Positions 27,282-37,237 are shown, numbered from the stretch's first letter. The stretch: DNA of 64,000 bases from a virus (IMGVR_UViG_3300010882_000009); one strand, 5' to 3'. Numbers and translations are program-made. Notes: generated by a model from the letters alone, not told the origin.

Positions 27282-27572
27282 ATGGACGATCAATTAATAC
27301 TTATAGGATTCATATTTAAAAGCACTTATGAATATGAAGATGATGGGTTCTGCCACATATGGGTAAGAGTAAATGCCAATGTATCGTCAGTGTATGATAC
27401 TATGCGCGAAGTTATAAATAGAAATAAGCATATAATTGAATATGATAACGATAGCGACAAAGATGATTTATGTGACATTGTAGAAGCAATTATGAAAGAT
27501 TCTGGATACGATTGGTATTATCATATATCGCTCCCAGTATTAATAAATGGTGTTATTGCATTTCATGTGTAA
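27282..27572 (+). CDS. hypothetical protein
   Basis: RBS tgaggtaa. Confidence 0.55.
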   Translation: MDDQLILIGFIFKSTYEYEDDGFCHIWVRVNANVSSVYDTMREVINRNKHIIEYDNDSDKDDLCDIVEAIMKDSGYDWYYHISLPVLINGVIAFHV

Positions 27573-27610
27573 AAATATATATAATAAAATATAACAAATG
27601 GAGGTTTAAA

Positions 27611-27955
27611 ATGTATTCAAGAGAATTTTTAGAACAAATGAATAAAGATGATATAATAACGCTGTTTCTAGCGAATATAAAAGATTCAAGTAATATAAGA
27701 GATTCAAATGATGAAATTTATATTTGTGGCTATGTAAAGAGGATATGCGATGGATGCCCGTCTGTATTTATGTTTCATGATATTAATGGTTATTCCTATC
27801 GTTTTTGTCTTAGATATGGTAGTTGGAGATTAGAAAATACTACATGGGATAAACTTGTATGTTTAGGGAATGCAGATAATAGAATGGATGGAATATGTAG
27901 TTGGAGTGATGCGAAAAGATTTATGGCTAAAGCAGGATATTATATTATTGAATAA
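27611..27955 (+). CDS. hypothetical protein
   Basis: RBS aaatggaggt. Confidence 0.5.
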   Translation: MYSREFLEQMNKDDIITLFLANIKDSSNIRDSNDEIYICGYVKRICDGCPSVFMFHDINGYSYRFCLRYGSWRLENTTWDKLVCLGNADNRMDGICSWSDAKRFMAKAGYYIIE

Positions 27956-27984
27956 TAGCAAAAAAAATAATTGGAGTGATATGT

Positions 27985-28248
27985 ATGAAAACTATATCGG
28001 CTAGTGAAATTAATAAAATCCGTGAAGCAAGCGATAAACTAAAAGGCACAAATGAGTATAACAAATATTATATGGAGATTGATACAAAATGTAGTAACAC
28101 ATGGAAATTCCTTAGTCATGGTCTTCCTATGACTGGTAGTATTGATGGAATTATTAAGAAGGTAAAAAATAGAACATATTTAATTATTGATGACACTCGA
28201 TATGAGCTAAGAGATGTGCATATTGAATTGCTAAATATTAGAGTATAG
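27985..28248 (+). CDS. hypothetical protein
   Basis: RBS ttggagtga. Confidence 0.5.
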   Translation: MKTISASEINKIREASDKLKGTNEYNKYYMEIDTKCSNTWKFLSHGLPMTGSIDGIIKKVKNRTYLIIDDTRYELRDVHIELLNIRV

Positions 28249-28395
28249 TATTGAGGTGTAATTATTAAGATACGTGAAGCATTAAATGATGATACTATTA
28301 GTTTTATAGATTTTTTCAATGCTATAAACCAAACTGAAACAGGATATTTAGATGGTATTAATAGCAGAGACATTATAGAACAATATATTATAGAA

Positions 28396-28581
28396 ATGAT
28401 TCAAAATGGGGTGGCTGTGTCTCATATACTATCAGCTATTGAGAATTCACAAGCAGATATTTTTGCTATTGATTTAGGATGGTCGCTGAATACACCATAT
28501 CCAATAGAGTCAAAGCAAGAATTAGTTAATGCACTTGAACTTGATGAAAATGATATGGATAAAGATATAGAATTTAAATAG
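28396..28581 (+). CDS. hypothetical protein; open frame extends 45 codons upstream to about 28261 without a canonical start
   Basis: protein-like upstream frame after RBS gaggtg at 28253-28258; only ATT/ATA candidates there. Confidence 0.45.
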   Translation: MIQNGVAVSHILSAIENSQADIFAIDLGWSLNTPYPIESKQELVNALELDENDMDKDIEFK

Positions 28582-28601
28582 AAACTACGTTTTATTAAAA
28601 T
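28577..28601 (+). promoter_or_regulatory. motif copy
   Basis: AATAGAA-actacg-TTTTATT-AAAAT. Confidence 0.6.
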
Positions 28602-28636
28602 ATAACTGGTAGCGACCAACGCTGGAGGTAACGATT

Positions 28637-29005
28637 ATGGGTTATTGCATGTATATGCAAGATAGTAGTTTTAAAATCATTAGTGCAAATAAAGACAAGG
28701 CATTGGCACTTCTAAAAAAGTTCGTGGAAGATAAAGAACGTATGTATTGGGTAATACCAAGTATGGTAATGCATGCAGATAACTTAACTGATGCTATCGA
28801 GGAGTGCCGCTGGATCGTTGAGGAAGACAATGATGGTAATATTGTCTCTATTGAATTTACTGGAGATAAACTAGGTGAAGATGAGCAAATTTTTAACGCA
28901 ATAGCACCTGCCGTTGAGAACGATTCATATATCAAGATGGAAGGTGAAAATGGTGAGATATGGAAATGGGTGTTTAATAATGGTAAGTGTAAAGAAGAAT
29001 ATTAA
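28637..29005 (+). CDS. hypothetical protein
   Basis: RBS tggaggtaa. Confidence 0.55.
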   Translation: MGYCMYMQDSSFKIISANKDKALALLKKFVEDKERMYWVIPSMVMHADNLTDAIEECRWIVEEDNDGNIVSIEFTGDKLGEDEQIFNAIAPAVENDSYIKMEGENGEIWKWVFNNGKCKEEY

Positions 29006-29012
29006 AAGTTTA

Positions 29013-29037
29013 AATAGAAACTCTGTTCTATTAAAAT
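29013..29037 (+). promoter_or_regulatory. motif copy
   Basis: AATAGAA-actctg-TTCTATT-AAAAT. Confidence 0.65.
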
Positions 29038-29050
29038 ATGGGGTAGTACT

Positions 29051-29422
29051 ATGATTAATTTATTAAAAAACTATATGAACGGATGGACTTGTACTGACGC
29101 AAGCGATTATCAGTATCAAAAAAAGCTAAGTGCAACTGTTTTCGCAATGATACAGGTAATAGAGATTTCAAACAACACATGGACAATAGTTGCCGACACA
29201 ATTGACATTGAAGAATACAGCGAAGAAGAAATTGAATCATATGTAGTTGGATATTATGAGTCATTAGATGAACTAATTAAAGAATATAAAAAATGCTCAA
29301 ACGGAGTTATTGCTGAATGTATATTCGAATGCACAGGATTTGGTGATTATGAGTTAGAAGAAACAGTCATAACTGAGGCGCAAGCTGTAGACTTTATTTA
29401 TAGATATATTAATAAGGAGTGA
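29051..29422 (+). CDS. hypothetical protein
   Basis: RBS tggggtag. Confidence 0.55.
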   Translation: MINLLKNYMNGWTCTDASDYQYQKKLSATVFAMIQVIEISNNTWTIVADTIDIEEYSEEEIESYVVGYYESLDELIKEYKKCSNGVIAECIFECTGFGDYELEETVITEAQAVDFIYRYINKE

Positions 29423-29427
29423 TATAT

Positions 29428-29700
29428 ATGTTTAAGTTTATTAACAAAGAATATATTGTATTAGATTCGCCTATACCAAATGATGAAATTGAAAAAATGG
29501 AATGTGGCGATATAGTAGAAGGTGTTGTGGCTGTATGGATTGCCGATTTAGTTCAATTGGAATTTGAGGATTGTATTGATTTTTTATCAGATAAATTAAT
29601 TGATAATGAATATGATTTGCATTGGATTGATTATAAAACAGTAGGAGTTGCTGATAACGGGAAAATACTTGTTCATGTCAGCGGAGAGATTCAGAAATAA
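29428..29700 (+). CDS. hypothetical protein
   Basis: RBS aaggagtga. Confidence 0.5.
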   Translation: MFKFINKEYIVLDSPIPNDEIEKMECGDIVEGVVAVWIADLVQLEFEDCIDFLSDKLIDNEYDLHWIDYKTVGVADNGKILVHVSGEIQK

Positions 29701-29704
29701 TTTA

Positions 29705-29729
29705 AATAGAAACACTCTTTTATTAAAAT
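29705..29729 (+). promoter_or_regulatory. motif copy
   Basis: AATAGAA-acactc-TTTTATT-AAAAT. Confidence 0.6.
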
Positions 29730-29758
29730 ATTTGTAAAAAATAAAAGGAGAGTATTAT

Positions 29759-30220
29759 ATGCCAATATTTAAATTTGGAGACAAGGTAAAAATTAAAGAT
29801 GATATTGTTCCACATAATTTTTATGGTAGGGGGAAATTGTATTTTGGTTCTAAAATGAACAAGTTAAAGAATAAGGTATTAACAATTTCTAGTGTTGAAC
29901 ATCTAGATACTATATATCATGTTTTAGAAGATAATGATAATTGGTCTTTTAATGATGAGATGTTTGATATAGTGGAAATGGCAGACAATAAACGATATAA
30001 TATTGCTATTTCAAAAAAATCAGATGAAAATTTTGAGAAAGATTATGTTTATAATATTTATGATATTACAAATAATTATGTATCGTTGGCTAATGATAAC
30101 AATAAATGTTCTCTAATTGGAATTAACAGCCAAGATATGTTATTTATATTTAATGCAACGCAAGATGAATTAATGATTTTAATTGATAAAGGTTATAACT
30201 TCTCAAAGTATAAGTTTTAA
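29759..30220 (+). CDS. hypothetical protein; C-terminal half paralogous to 43104-43343
   Basis: shared YNIAISK..NIYDIT..FIFNAT..KGYNFSKYKF. Confidence 0.55.
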   Translation: MPIFKFGDKVKIKDDIVPHNFYGRGKLYFGSKMNKLKNKVLTISSVEHLDTIYHVLEDNDNWSFNDEMFDIVEMADNKRYNIAISKKSDENFEKDYVYNIYDITNNYVSLANDNNKCSLIGINSQDMLFIFNATQDELMILIDKGYNFSKYKF

Positions 30221-30240
30221 AAATAATGAGGTGTTGGATT

Positions 30241-30561
30241 ATGACTAAGGTTATATTTAGAAAGCACAAGGACTATAAAAAATTAGCAGGCGATGGAATT
30301 GTAGCTTTCTTTCCTGGAGAGGAAGTTGCCTATGATAGAATATTATGTTATGAACATTGCGGTCAGCATAATGAAGCAAGTTATTCGTATTATCTAGAAA
30401 ATACAGTTAAGGCTAAGCCAGAAGAATATGCGAGCCTACTAAACGAACTGATAAATATTGTTGGATATGACGACCTAAAAATTATGCAGAAAGTCATGCA
30501 TAGCACAATATCTGATAGCTGGCGCAGATGTTATAAGCATAGTAATGAGATTAATATTTAA
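30241..30561 (+). CDS. hypothetical protein
   Basis: RBS atgaggtgttgg. Confidence 0.5.
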   Translation: MTKVIFRKHKDYKKLAGDGIVAFFPGEEVAYDRILCYEHCGQHNEASYSYYLENTVKAKPEEYASLLNELINIVGYDDLKIMQKVMHSTISDSWRRCYKHSNEINI

Positions 30562-30585
30562 ATAGAAATCATCTTCTATTGAAAT
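30561..30585 (+). promoter_or_regulatory. motif copy
   Basis: AATAGAA-atcatc-TTCTATT-GAAAT. Confidence 0.6.
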
Positions 30586-30664
30586 TTAAAAATATATATG
30601 TTATTATAATTTTAATAAGGTGTTGAATTTTCTATTCAAAATATAAATAAAAGGAGAATGCAAA

Positions 30665-31102
30665 ATGAAAAAAGATTATTATACCATGAATGGATGTATT
30701 GATTTAGGTAATAATGAAGTATCAATGGTAGCAGATAACGATGCAGATTTTTGGAGTATTTATTATACACGCGATGCATATTCTTTGGGTGAACAACAGT
30801 GGATTGCTGATTTTGAAACAAAATATGATGCCGAAAAGTATAATGAAAAAATGAATGAATTATGTAAAGACTATAACGCGAAACCAACCGTTTTGCAAGT
30901 TAGAAATATGCTTAACAAAGAAACAGTTGTTTCATTTATTTTGAAAAAAGATTTCCGCGCAGGTATGTATAATTATATTGTATATGATAAAAAAATCGCG
31001 GATTGTGTTGATATAATTAAATTATATGATTATTATCAGATTGATGAAATGTTGAACTCATATTTGCGATCATCAATATGCTTATTGATTGAAGAAGTAT
31101 AG
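30665..31102 (+). CDS. hypothetical protein
   Basis: RBS aaaaggaga. Confidence 0.55.
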   Translation: MKKDYYTMNGCIDLGNNEVSMVADNDADFWSIYYTRDAYSLGEQQWIADFETKYDAEKYNEKMNELCKDYNAKPTVLQVRNMLNKETVVSFILKKDFRAGMYNYIVYDKKIADCVDIIKLYDYYQIDEMLNSYLRSSICLLIEEV

Positions 31103-31168
31103 TATAGTTATAATGAATGCTCGAAAAGCTAACTCATTTAGGTGTGGGAGTGGGAGTGGTGAAAAGAT

Positions 31169-31501
31169 ATGCAAGTCAATAAGAACTTATTATTATGCAT
31201 AACATCAATTTTAGGAATGGTTGTAACATTATTTTCATTTGTTTTATTTAGAAATATTATTAATAGCGTTGTTATTGCAATAAAGACTGATGTTAACTTC
31301 TCATATTTTCAAGGTAATGTTGGAATGTTGGTAGTAGAACTTAGTAATAATATTAATATTATCAAGGCTTCAAATTTAATATTACATTTTATAATATTAT
31401 TACTAATTACAACTTGTGCATTGAATAATTGGAATTTGTATTTAAAAAACAAAAATATTAAAAGAGTAACTGGAGGATTTGAAAATGATAAAAATAATTA
31501 A
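31169..31501 (+). CDS. small membrane protein (NfeD-like partner position)
   Basis: 2-3 hydrophobic helices; overlaps downstream SPFH gene by 17 nt. Confidence 0.5.
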   Translation: MQVNKNLLLCITSILGMVVTLFSFVLFRNIINSVVIAIKTDVNFSYFQGNVGMLVVELSNNINIIKASNLILHFIILLLITTCALNNWNLYLKNKNIKRVTGGFENDKNN

Positions 31502-32534
31502 TCTTAAAAAAGCAATGGTGTTAGTGTTTATGTCAGTTATCTTATTGTCTCAAACCGGATGTTTTGTAAGGCCATATAATAAGCCTTCTGTAGTACAAGT
31601 TGAAACAAATGAATCCGCATTTCTAGTTGATATGCGTTCTGATGCAGCAGTAACGACGGATTCTATGACACTTATTCAACGCAAAGATATTATAATAGAT
31701 GGTTATTGGATACAGACAGGAAGGCTCCCAATAAGTGGGCATTATCGTCCTACACAACGTGTATTAGTTGTTCCACGCCGCCCAGTTGAGGTTCAATGGA
31801 ATGGGAACAATGGGAATCCTGTAGTTCGTGCTGTTAGCAGTGAATCAGTTGGATTTCAAGTCCCATTAGTATTGAATGCAACAATTCAAACAGATGAAGA
31901 CGCATTAAAATATTTAAACTGGTTTCGCTCAAATAATAATATTGATGGCGGTGCAATGAACAATGTTAGGGAAGAAGCAGAGGCATTAGAAATTACACTA
32001 AACAGGGTAGTGTTTCCAGTTATTAATAATGTACTATCTAGTATGTTTTTAGAAAAGACTATAATTGAGGCTGAATCACACAGAGTAGAATTTGTAAAAC
32101 AAGCTTTTGAAGCTGCAAAAGAAGAGGCGTATAAATATGGAATAACACTTTTAATTCTTTCGTCTACAGATGGTCTTTTGTATGATGATTCAGAATTCCA
32201 GAATAGAATAAATCAATTGGCTGTCGCAAAGATGCGTGAAAATGTTCTAGAACAAGAAAATGCTAATGCTTTAGCTGAACAACAGGTTGCTATGACTAAC
32301 GCTAACACTGCTGCTGAAGTTGCAAAAATACAAGATTTAACATTAGACATCCAACGTCGCCAAATGGAAATTGAGGGGCAACGTAAGTTATATGAAGCAG
32401 AGGCCGATGCGATACGTTCAAGAGGTAAAAACCAATGGCCCACAACTCTTATTGTGCAAGATTTAGATGCACTTGGGAACCTTGGTATAATACCTGTAAT
32501 AAATAACAATCAACAACAAACAACACAACCATAA
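31485..32534 (+). CDS. SPFH/band-7 (stomatin-prohibitin-flotillin) family lipoprotein
   Basis: signal peptide plus lipobox LSQTGC; SPFH-like core and Ala/Glu-rich coiled-coil C-term; locally much higher GC. Confidence 0.6.
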   Translation: MIKIINLKKAMVLVFMSVILLSQTGCFVRPYNKPSVVQVETNESAFLVDMRSDAAVTTDSMTLIQRKDIIIDGYWIQTGRLPISGHYRPTQRVLVVPRRPVEVQWNGNNGNPVVRAVSSESVGFQVPLVLNATIQTDEDALKYLNWFRSNNNIDGGAMNNVREEAEALEITLNRVVFPVINNVLSSMFLEKTIIEAESHRVEFVKQAFEAAKEEAYKYGITLLILSSTDGLLYDDSEFQNRINQLAVAKMRENVLEQENANALAEQQVAMTNANTAAEVAKIQDLTLDIQRRQMEIEGQRKLYEAEADAIRSRGKNQWPTTLIVQDLDALGNLGIIPVINNNQQQTTQP

Positions 32535-32563
32535 TCTAATCCTATCACTGAATAATCTTACAT

Positions 32564-32604
32564 ATATTGCTGCCTACTATATTAGTGTATGTAGGCAGCA
32601 ATAT
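32564..32604 (+). terminator. intrinsic-terminator-like hairpin (perfect 14-bp stem)
   Basis: ATATTGCTGCCTAC-(13 nt)-GTAGGCAGCAATAT then atatacattt; just after SPFH gene. Confidence 0.45.
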
Positions 32605-32666
32605 ATATACATTTCAAGTTTACAAAAGATGCGCGGCAAGCCAACTCATAAAGGAGGATCTGATAT

Positions 32667-32951
32667 ATGTTAGGTTCATGGCATTCTATAAAATCACCTA
32701 GAGATTTTAGTGAAATCGAAAAGCATTCAAATGCTAAATATAAAAATGATTTTGTTAAACCAGAATTCCCATTTGTATTTGTATACAGATTAAATAATGG
32801 TGAAAACGAAGTGATGTTTACTAAAACTATTGATTCAGCAAATAATTGGATAGAACAGCTAACTAATATTCATGGTGATGAATTTATTGTAATTGACTTG
32901 TATGAAATAAATCTAATTAAGCATCATGTTTTTAGTCAAAATTTTAAATAG
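32667..32951 (+). CDS. hypothetical protein
   Basis: RBS aaaggagga. Confidence 0.55.
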   Translation: MLGSWHSIKSPRDFSEIEKHSNAKYKNDFVKPEFPFVFVYRLNNGENEVMFTKTIDSANNWIEQLTNIHGDEFIVIDLYEINLIKHHVFSQNFK

Positions 32952-33001
32952 AAAATGTATTCATATCAAACAAATTATATAAGTAAAGGGAGTTTTTTAT
33001 T

Positions 33002-33169
33002 ATGGTTTATGAGAAGGTTAATTCAGGTGCAAAAAAAATATTAATAGATATAAGTCAACCAACTTATAAGGTTAATGCAGAGGCTGGATATCTAAAAGAT
33101 AATGGCTATGTGTGTACAGATTTTACTGAAGATTCTTTAGTGTTTGAATTAGAAATTAAATTCGAGTAA
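33002..33169 (+). CDS. hypothetical 55-aa protein
   Basis: RBS aaagggag; below track cut-off. Confidence 0.4.
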   Translation: MVYEKVNSGAKKILIDISQPTYKVNAEAGYLKDNGYVCTDFTEDSLVFELEIKFE

Positions 33170-33197
33170 CATTAAATTAAGAAAAGGGGTATGATTT

Positions 33198-33428
33198 ATG
33201 TGTAAAATTAATTTAGCTAATGCTATTACACAACAGAAAAATCTAGATATTCATCAAGACTGGTGGGTGAATAAAACAGAACAAGAGTTGATAGATGGGC
33301 TTCAAAAGAAAGTTGAAGATATGCAAAATATTATCTCAAAAATTGAAAGATATGAAGATATAACACAGCATGAAATGGCACTAGTTTATGATTTGAAAAA
33401 GTATATCAAGATAATAACTGCCGAATAG
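33198..33428 (+). CDS. hypothetical protein
   Basis: RBS aaaaggggta. Confidence 0.5.
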   Translation: MCKINLANAITQQKNLDIHQDWWVNKTEQELIDGLQKKVEDMQNIISKIERYEDITQHEMALVYDLKKYIKIITAE

Positions 33429-33439
33429 GATAGTGTTAT

Positions 33440-34114
33440 ATGAAATTGCGTCTAAGTACCGAATTGCTTCCAGTTGTAGACGTTGGAATGTATTGTTCAC
33501 ATCTTTCTGTGGATGAGATATTTGGCGTATGCATCTATGAAATAGAATCCAGTAACATACTCACGCCAGATGAAATTGACTACGCGCTTAACGCTCCATT
33601 TGATATTGATAAATATGAGAATGTCGTGACGAAGTATGCGATGGAACAATTAGATGATTTCTTTAAAGATATTGCTTATTGGGATAACATACACGCTACA
33701 CTGCTACCGGACGGTTCTATTCATAGTCCGAGTGAGTATAACTTTCGCACGAATGAGCTTCATTTTGAGCTTGATATTCATGAATCAGAAATAAGAAAGA
33801 TTCAATCAAGAACAATTGGAGATAAGGATTTCATGAAATGGATATATGATAAATATAAAAGTTGTAGTGGTTTCATAAGCTTTATGCCATACAGAGAGGA
33901 TGAGTATGTTAAAGCAATACATGGTAAAGACCTAGAAAGAGCAGTTGCTATGTACTTGGCGTACTTATTCAGAAATAATAGCAATAAGGATTACTATACA
34001 GAAAGTGTCATAGAATTAGTATCAAGCAATCATGGGTATTTCGATTTCGTTAATGACGACAGAGCGCATGAGATATATGCTAAGGTTGTAGATGCAGACA
34101 ATTGCGCATCTTAA
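33440..34114 (+). CDS. hypothetical protein, paralogue of 41178-41858
   Basis: shared LP[VI]VDVGMY and KxFxKWxYxxYKSxxGFxxxxP..xDE[YF]. Confidence 0.55.
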   Translation: MKLRLSTELLPVVDVGMYCSHLSVDEIFGVCIYEIESSNILTPDEIDYALNAPFDIDKYENVVTKYAMEQLDDFFKDIAYWDNIHATLLPDGSIHSPSEYNFRTNELHFELDIHESEIRKIQSRTIGDKDFMKWIYDKYKSCSGFISFMPYREDEYVKAIHGKDLERAVAMYLAYLFRNNSNKDYYTESVIELVSSNHGYFDFVNDDRAHEIYAKVVDADNCAS

Positions 34115-34129
34115 ACAAGCATACAATTA

Positions 34130-34154
34130 AATAGAATTGTAATTCTATATAAAT
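34130..34154 (+). promoter_or_regulatory. motif copy
   Basis: AATAGAA-ttgtaa-TTCTATA-TAAAT. Confidence 0.55.
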
Positions 34155-34168
34155 ATGAGGTGATATGA

Positions 34169-34465
34169 TTGTTTGATATAAATTTATATTTACAATTATG
34201 CAAAGAATATGGTGTTCAAGCTGCAGATATACAAGAAGGTAGTATAATTGTTGATAGTAAAACGCCTGAAATAGATTATATTGTAGAGACTATATGGGAT
34301 GAGCTTGAAGATATTCCAATAAATCTAGAAGATGAAACACTTGATGAAGACTTTTATATATGGGAGAAAGGCGATGACAAGTATGAAGATGTGTGGAGGT
34401 GGTTTGACGTACACCACTCAAAAGGCGTTGCATATCTTGTCAATGAATATGAAGGGAAGGATTAA
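34169..34465 (+). CDS. acidic hypothetical protein (TTG start)
   Basis: RBS atgaggtga. Confidence 0.45.
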   Translation: MFDINLYLQLCKEYGVQAADIQEGSIIVDSKTPEIDYIVETIWDELEDIPINLEDETLDEDFYIWEKGDDKYEDVWRWFDVHHSKGVAYLVNEYEGKD

Positions 34466-34470
34466 ATTTC

Positions 34471-34495
34471 AATAGAATAATACTTCTATTAAAAC
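34471..34495 (+). promoter_or_regulatory. motif copy
   Basis: AATAGAA-taatac-TTCTATT-AAAAC. Confidence 0.6.
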
Positions 34496-34529
34496 TAACA
34501 ATTATATTAATTAAAATGGAGGAATTTTA

Positions 34530-35501
34530 ATGAAGGAAAAGTTTATGGAATGGGTAAAGTCAACCGACCAGAGTATCACAATTAAAGATAGTAGTCGTAC
34601 TTGCCATTTTTTTAGATTCCCTCGTAATAAAAGTCTTGACCTTATCTTCTGCCAAAGTATATATCATAGCAACCATATTGTAAACAATGATTTTAAATAC
34701 TATGCAATATATGATAATAGAACCTGTGAGTTGCATGATATTAAATATAACCTTGCTCATTGTTTGGGAATAAAAAATAACAAAAACTATAGTGAAAATT
34801 GCAAAGAAGGTTACGGCAAAGATTATGTAGAAAAGGTTCAAGAGAAGCTAAATATTCTTATAAACAACGATATAAATAATACTCTAGTTAAAAGCGATGA
34901 AGAAATTAGAAATAAGAATTGGAATATGCGAGAGATCGAATACATTAGAGAGCATAGGGCAGACAATGATGTTAGACAGTATTTCTTGGCAGGGAATGTT
35001 CCTTCTGACATCGTGTTTAATGCATGTTATACTATTAGCGAATGGACGTATGACTTATTCATTGAATATCTTATGGATGAGGAAGCATCTGTTAATAAAG
35101 GTGTTGAAAATATGTTGGAGAAAAAGGCAGACGATATCTATAAGCAATTCGTAGAGAATGCTATCATACGGGAAGACCTAGCAAAATTAATTGCTGAAGC
35201 AGATGAAGGTAATGAGCTTTATATTGCTAGAAATATAATAAACGCAATTAAGCCATTAGATATCAAAACAGTTAAAGTTACAATAAACATGAACGATAAA
35301 GAATTAACTTTTAAAACAGATGCTAATCAGTACACGTATTATAGCGGTAATAAGTATTGGGGTTATAATGTTGCTTCAGCAGATAGGGTGGCATATGCAA
35401 AGATGTTTGGTAATATAAATAATGATTATTTGCCTAGTAATATTGTACGAATAACACATGGCAAGAAAGTATTGTATGAAAACGTGAAATTAGCAAATTA
35501 A
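34530..35501 (+). CDS. hypothetical protein (323 aa)
   Basis: RBS atggaggaa. Confidence 0.55.
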   Translation: MKEKFMEWVKSTDQSITIKDSSRTCHFFRFPRNKSLDLIFCQSIYHSNHIVNNDFKYYAIYDNRTCELHDIKYNLAHCLGIKNNKNYSENCKEGYGKDYVEKVQEKLNILINNDINNTLVKSDEEIRNKNWNMREIEYIREHRADNDVRQYFLAGNVPSDIVFNACYTISEWTYDLFIEYLMDEEASVNKGVENMLEKKADDIYKQFVENAIIREDLAKLIAEADEGNELYIARNIINAIKPLDIKTVKVTINMNDKELTFKTDANQYTYYSGNKYWGYNVASADRVAYAKMFGNINNDYLPSNIVRITHGKKVLYENVKLAN

Positions 35502-35749
35502 ATATACGTGGGTGACAACTAATATGTTTGAAGTTTGGAAATATGATATTAAAAATGGTGTGTGCGTTATAAATTAAATAGTTCTAATGAATGGAATTTT
35601 ATGTATACATATTCAGCAAAGAAAGAAGAAGCAGAATCATTGCGAGACAATCTATTAGAATATTCGAAGAATGCAAAACAATATATTCTATCAAGAATTG
35701 AAATTTAAAACCCGATGATGATATAAGATGTATGGGGGGAATAACTATT

Positions 35750-36073
35750 ATGCTTGATAATATAAAAATGACTGATAAAATATTTGATTTGATATATTCA
35801 GCAAAAACTGCAGAACTGAATAATATCTGCACATTATATAAATGCAATGAACAAGATTTTATATTAACATTAAAGCGTAAACTATTAGCAAGTAATATGC
35901 ACTGTGGAGCATGTAATATGGCAGTAGATTTTTTAATTATTGAGTCAAATAAAGGCATATTGCATAATACTTATGAAATAGCTATAGCTGAAAACATACT
36001 TGCAGCCGCAGTATATTATGCAAACGGTTGTGGGAAAGATCCATATTATTCATTTAATTTAAAATTGATTTAG
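35750..36073 (+). CDS. hypothetical protein
   Basis: RBS tggggggaa before ATG. Confidence 0.5.
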   Translation: MLDNIKMTDKIFDLIYSAKTAELNNICTLYKCNEQDFILTLKRKLLASNMHCGACNMAVDFLIIESNKGILHNTYEIAIAENILAAAVYYANGCGKDPYYSFNLKLI

Positions 36074-36087
36074 GTTGGAGAATATAT

Positions 36088-36255
36088 ATGATTGGATGGA
36101 TTTTATTATATTTATTAATAGGAATATTATTTTCAACAGGATATTCAAAATTAATTGATGATGATGATATTTTTATTCTTGGTATTATTGCAATTGTATG
36201 GATAGTATTATTGCCAGTAGTAATTATATTGGTACCATTGGAGCTATTGTTTTAA
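36088..36255 (+). CDS. 55-aa two-TM membrane peptide
   Basis: RBS ggttggag; MIGWILLYLLIGILF..IIAIVWIVLLPVVIILV. Confidence 0.4.
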   Translation: MIGWILLYLLIGILFSTGYSKLIDDDDIFILGIIAIVWIVLLPVVIILVPLELLF

Positions 36256-36273
36256 TTTTTAATAAAATATTTT

Positions 36274-36293
36274 AATAGAAATTCCATTTGATG
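36274..36293 (+). promoter_or_regulatory. motif copy (variant right half)
   Basis: AATAGAA-attcca-TTTGATG. Confidence 0.4.
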
Positions 36294-36311
36294 AAGATTG
36301 GAGGGACTTAT

Positions 36312-36617
36312 ATGAATAATTCATTATCTTTATCAATTATTGACAAGGCAGAGCGTATAGTTCTCCAACAGCAATATCAAAAATTAATATATGACACACT
36401 ATGTTATTGCGATAAATTGAATGGTCTTGGAGATGAAGAAGATAAAGTTGAAGCAAAACGTTTAGAATCCGTAGTGATTGAGATGAAATACAATTCATTG
36501 CCTTCAAATTTTGAAGAATTATCAACTAATGATTTCGCATTTTTTTATGGACAATTTTATGGAATGCGAACTGGATTGGATTTAATGCAGTCTGAACTTG
36601 ATGATGAAGGATTGTGA
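36312..36617 (+). CDS. hypothetical protein
   Basis: RBS ttggaggga. Confidence 0.5.
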   Translation: MNNSLSLSIIDKAERIVLQQQYQKLIYDTLCYCDKLNGLGDEEDKVEAKRLESVVIEMKYNSLPSNFEELSTNDFAFFYGQFYGMRTGLDLMQSELDDEGL

Positions 36618-36684
36618 TGATTATGAATATAAAAATAAAAGACAATAGGTGTTGGCATTATGAAGTAATCGAGTAATTAATTTT

Positions 36685-36709
36685 AATAGAACTCTCATTC
36701 TATCAAAAT
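36685..36709 (+). promoter_or_regulatory. motif copy
   Basis: AATAGAA-ctctca-TTCTATC-AAAAT. Confidence 0.6.
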
Positions 36710-36733
36710 TATAAAGTGGGGGGAATATAAATA

Positions 36734-37237
36734 ATGGCTAATATAATATTTTCTAAAATATATACAAAAGAAGAAATGATACAAAACTGTTGGTCATTAT
36801 GTGGTAGAAGATGCTATGATTGCCGTGATTGTAATTTCTATAATGTTATTGGTTCAACTAAGTACGAGTATACAGAAACAATATGTGATAACGGTAAATT
36901 GTTAAATGAATGGAATGAAGTTGAATTAACATTTGATAAGTTATATGAAATAGCAAATGCAAGAGAAGATTGGGAGTGTATACCAATACACCCTGAAATA
37001 GTAACATTTGAAAATGATGTTCGATATGCTGCTATGTTAGAAACTGATTGTTTTATAGGTTATACAGAGGGGATGCACATAGCTGAATATGCAAAAACTA
37101 AGATAGATAAACTTGGAATATTAGATGCAATAAAATTTGCGAAAGATATTACAAAACAAATTGTAAGTGAAAAGAATGATCAAGGGCTTAAATGGATTGA
37201 CAATTTTGATGTAGTAAAATATATTAGTGGAGCATAG
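36734..37237 (+). CDS. hypothetical Cys-rich protein
   Basis: RBS gtgggggga. Confidence 0.55.
   Translation: MANIIFSKIYTKEEMIQNCWSLCGRRCYDCRDCNFYNVIGSTKYEYTETICDNGKLLNEWNEVELTFDKLYEIANAREDWECIPIHPEIVTFENDVRYAAMLETDCFIGYTEGMHIAEYAKTKIDKLGILDAIKFAKDITKQIVSEKNDQGLKWIDNFDVVKYISGA

Noticed and set aside
35524-35708. Short ORFs (17 and 35 aa) in the 35.5-35.73 kb gap
   Set aside because: No RBSs and different frames; probably a decayed gene remnant or leader, not reported as genes.
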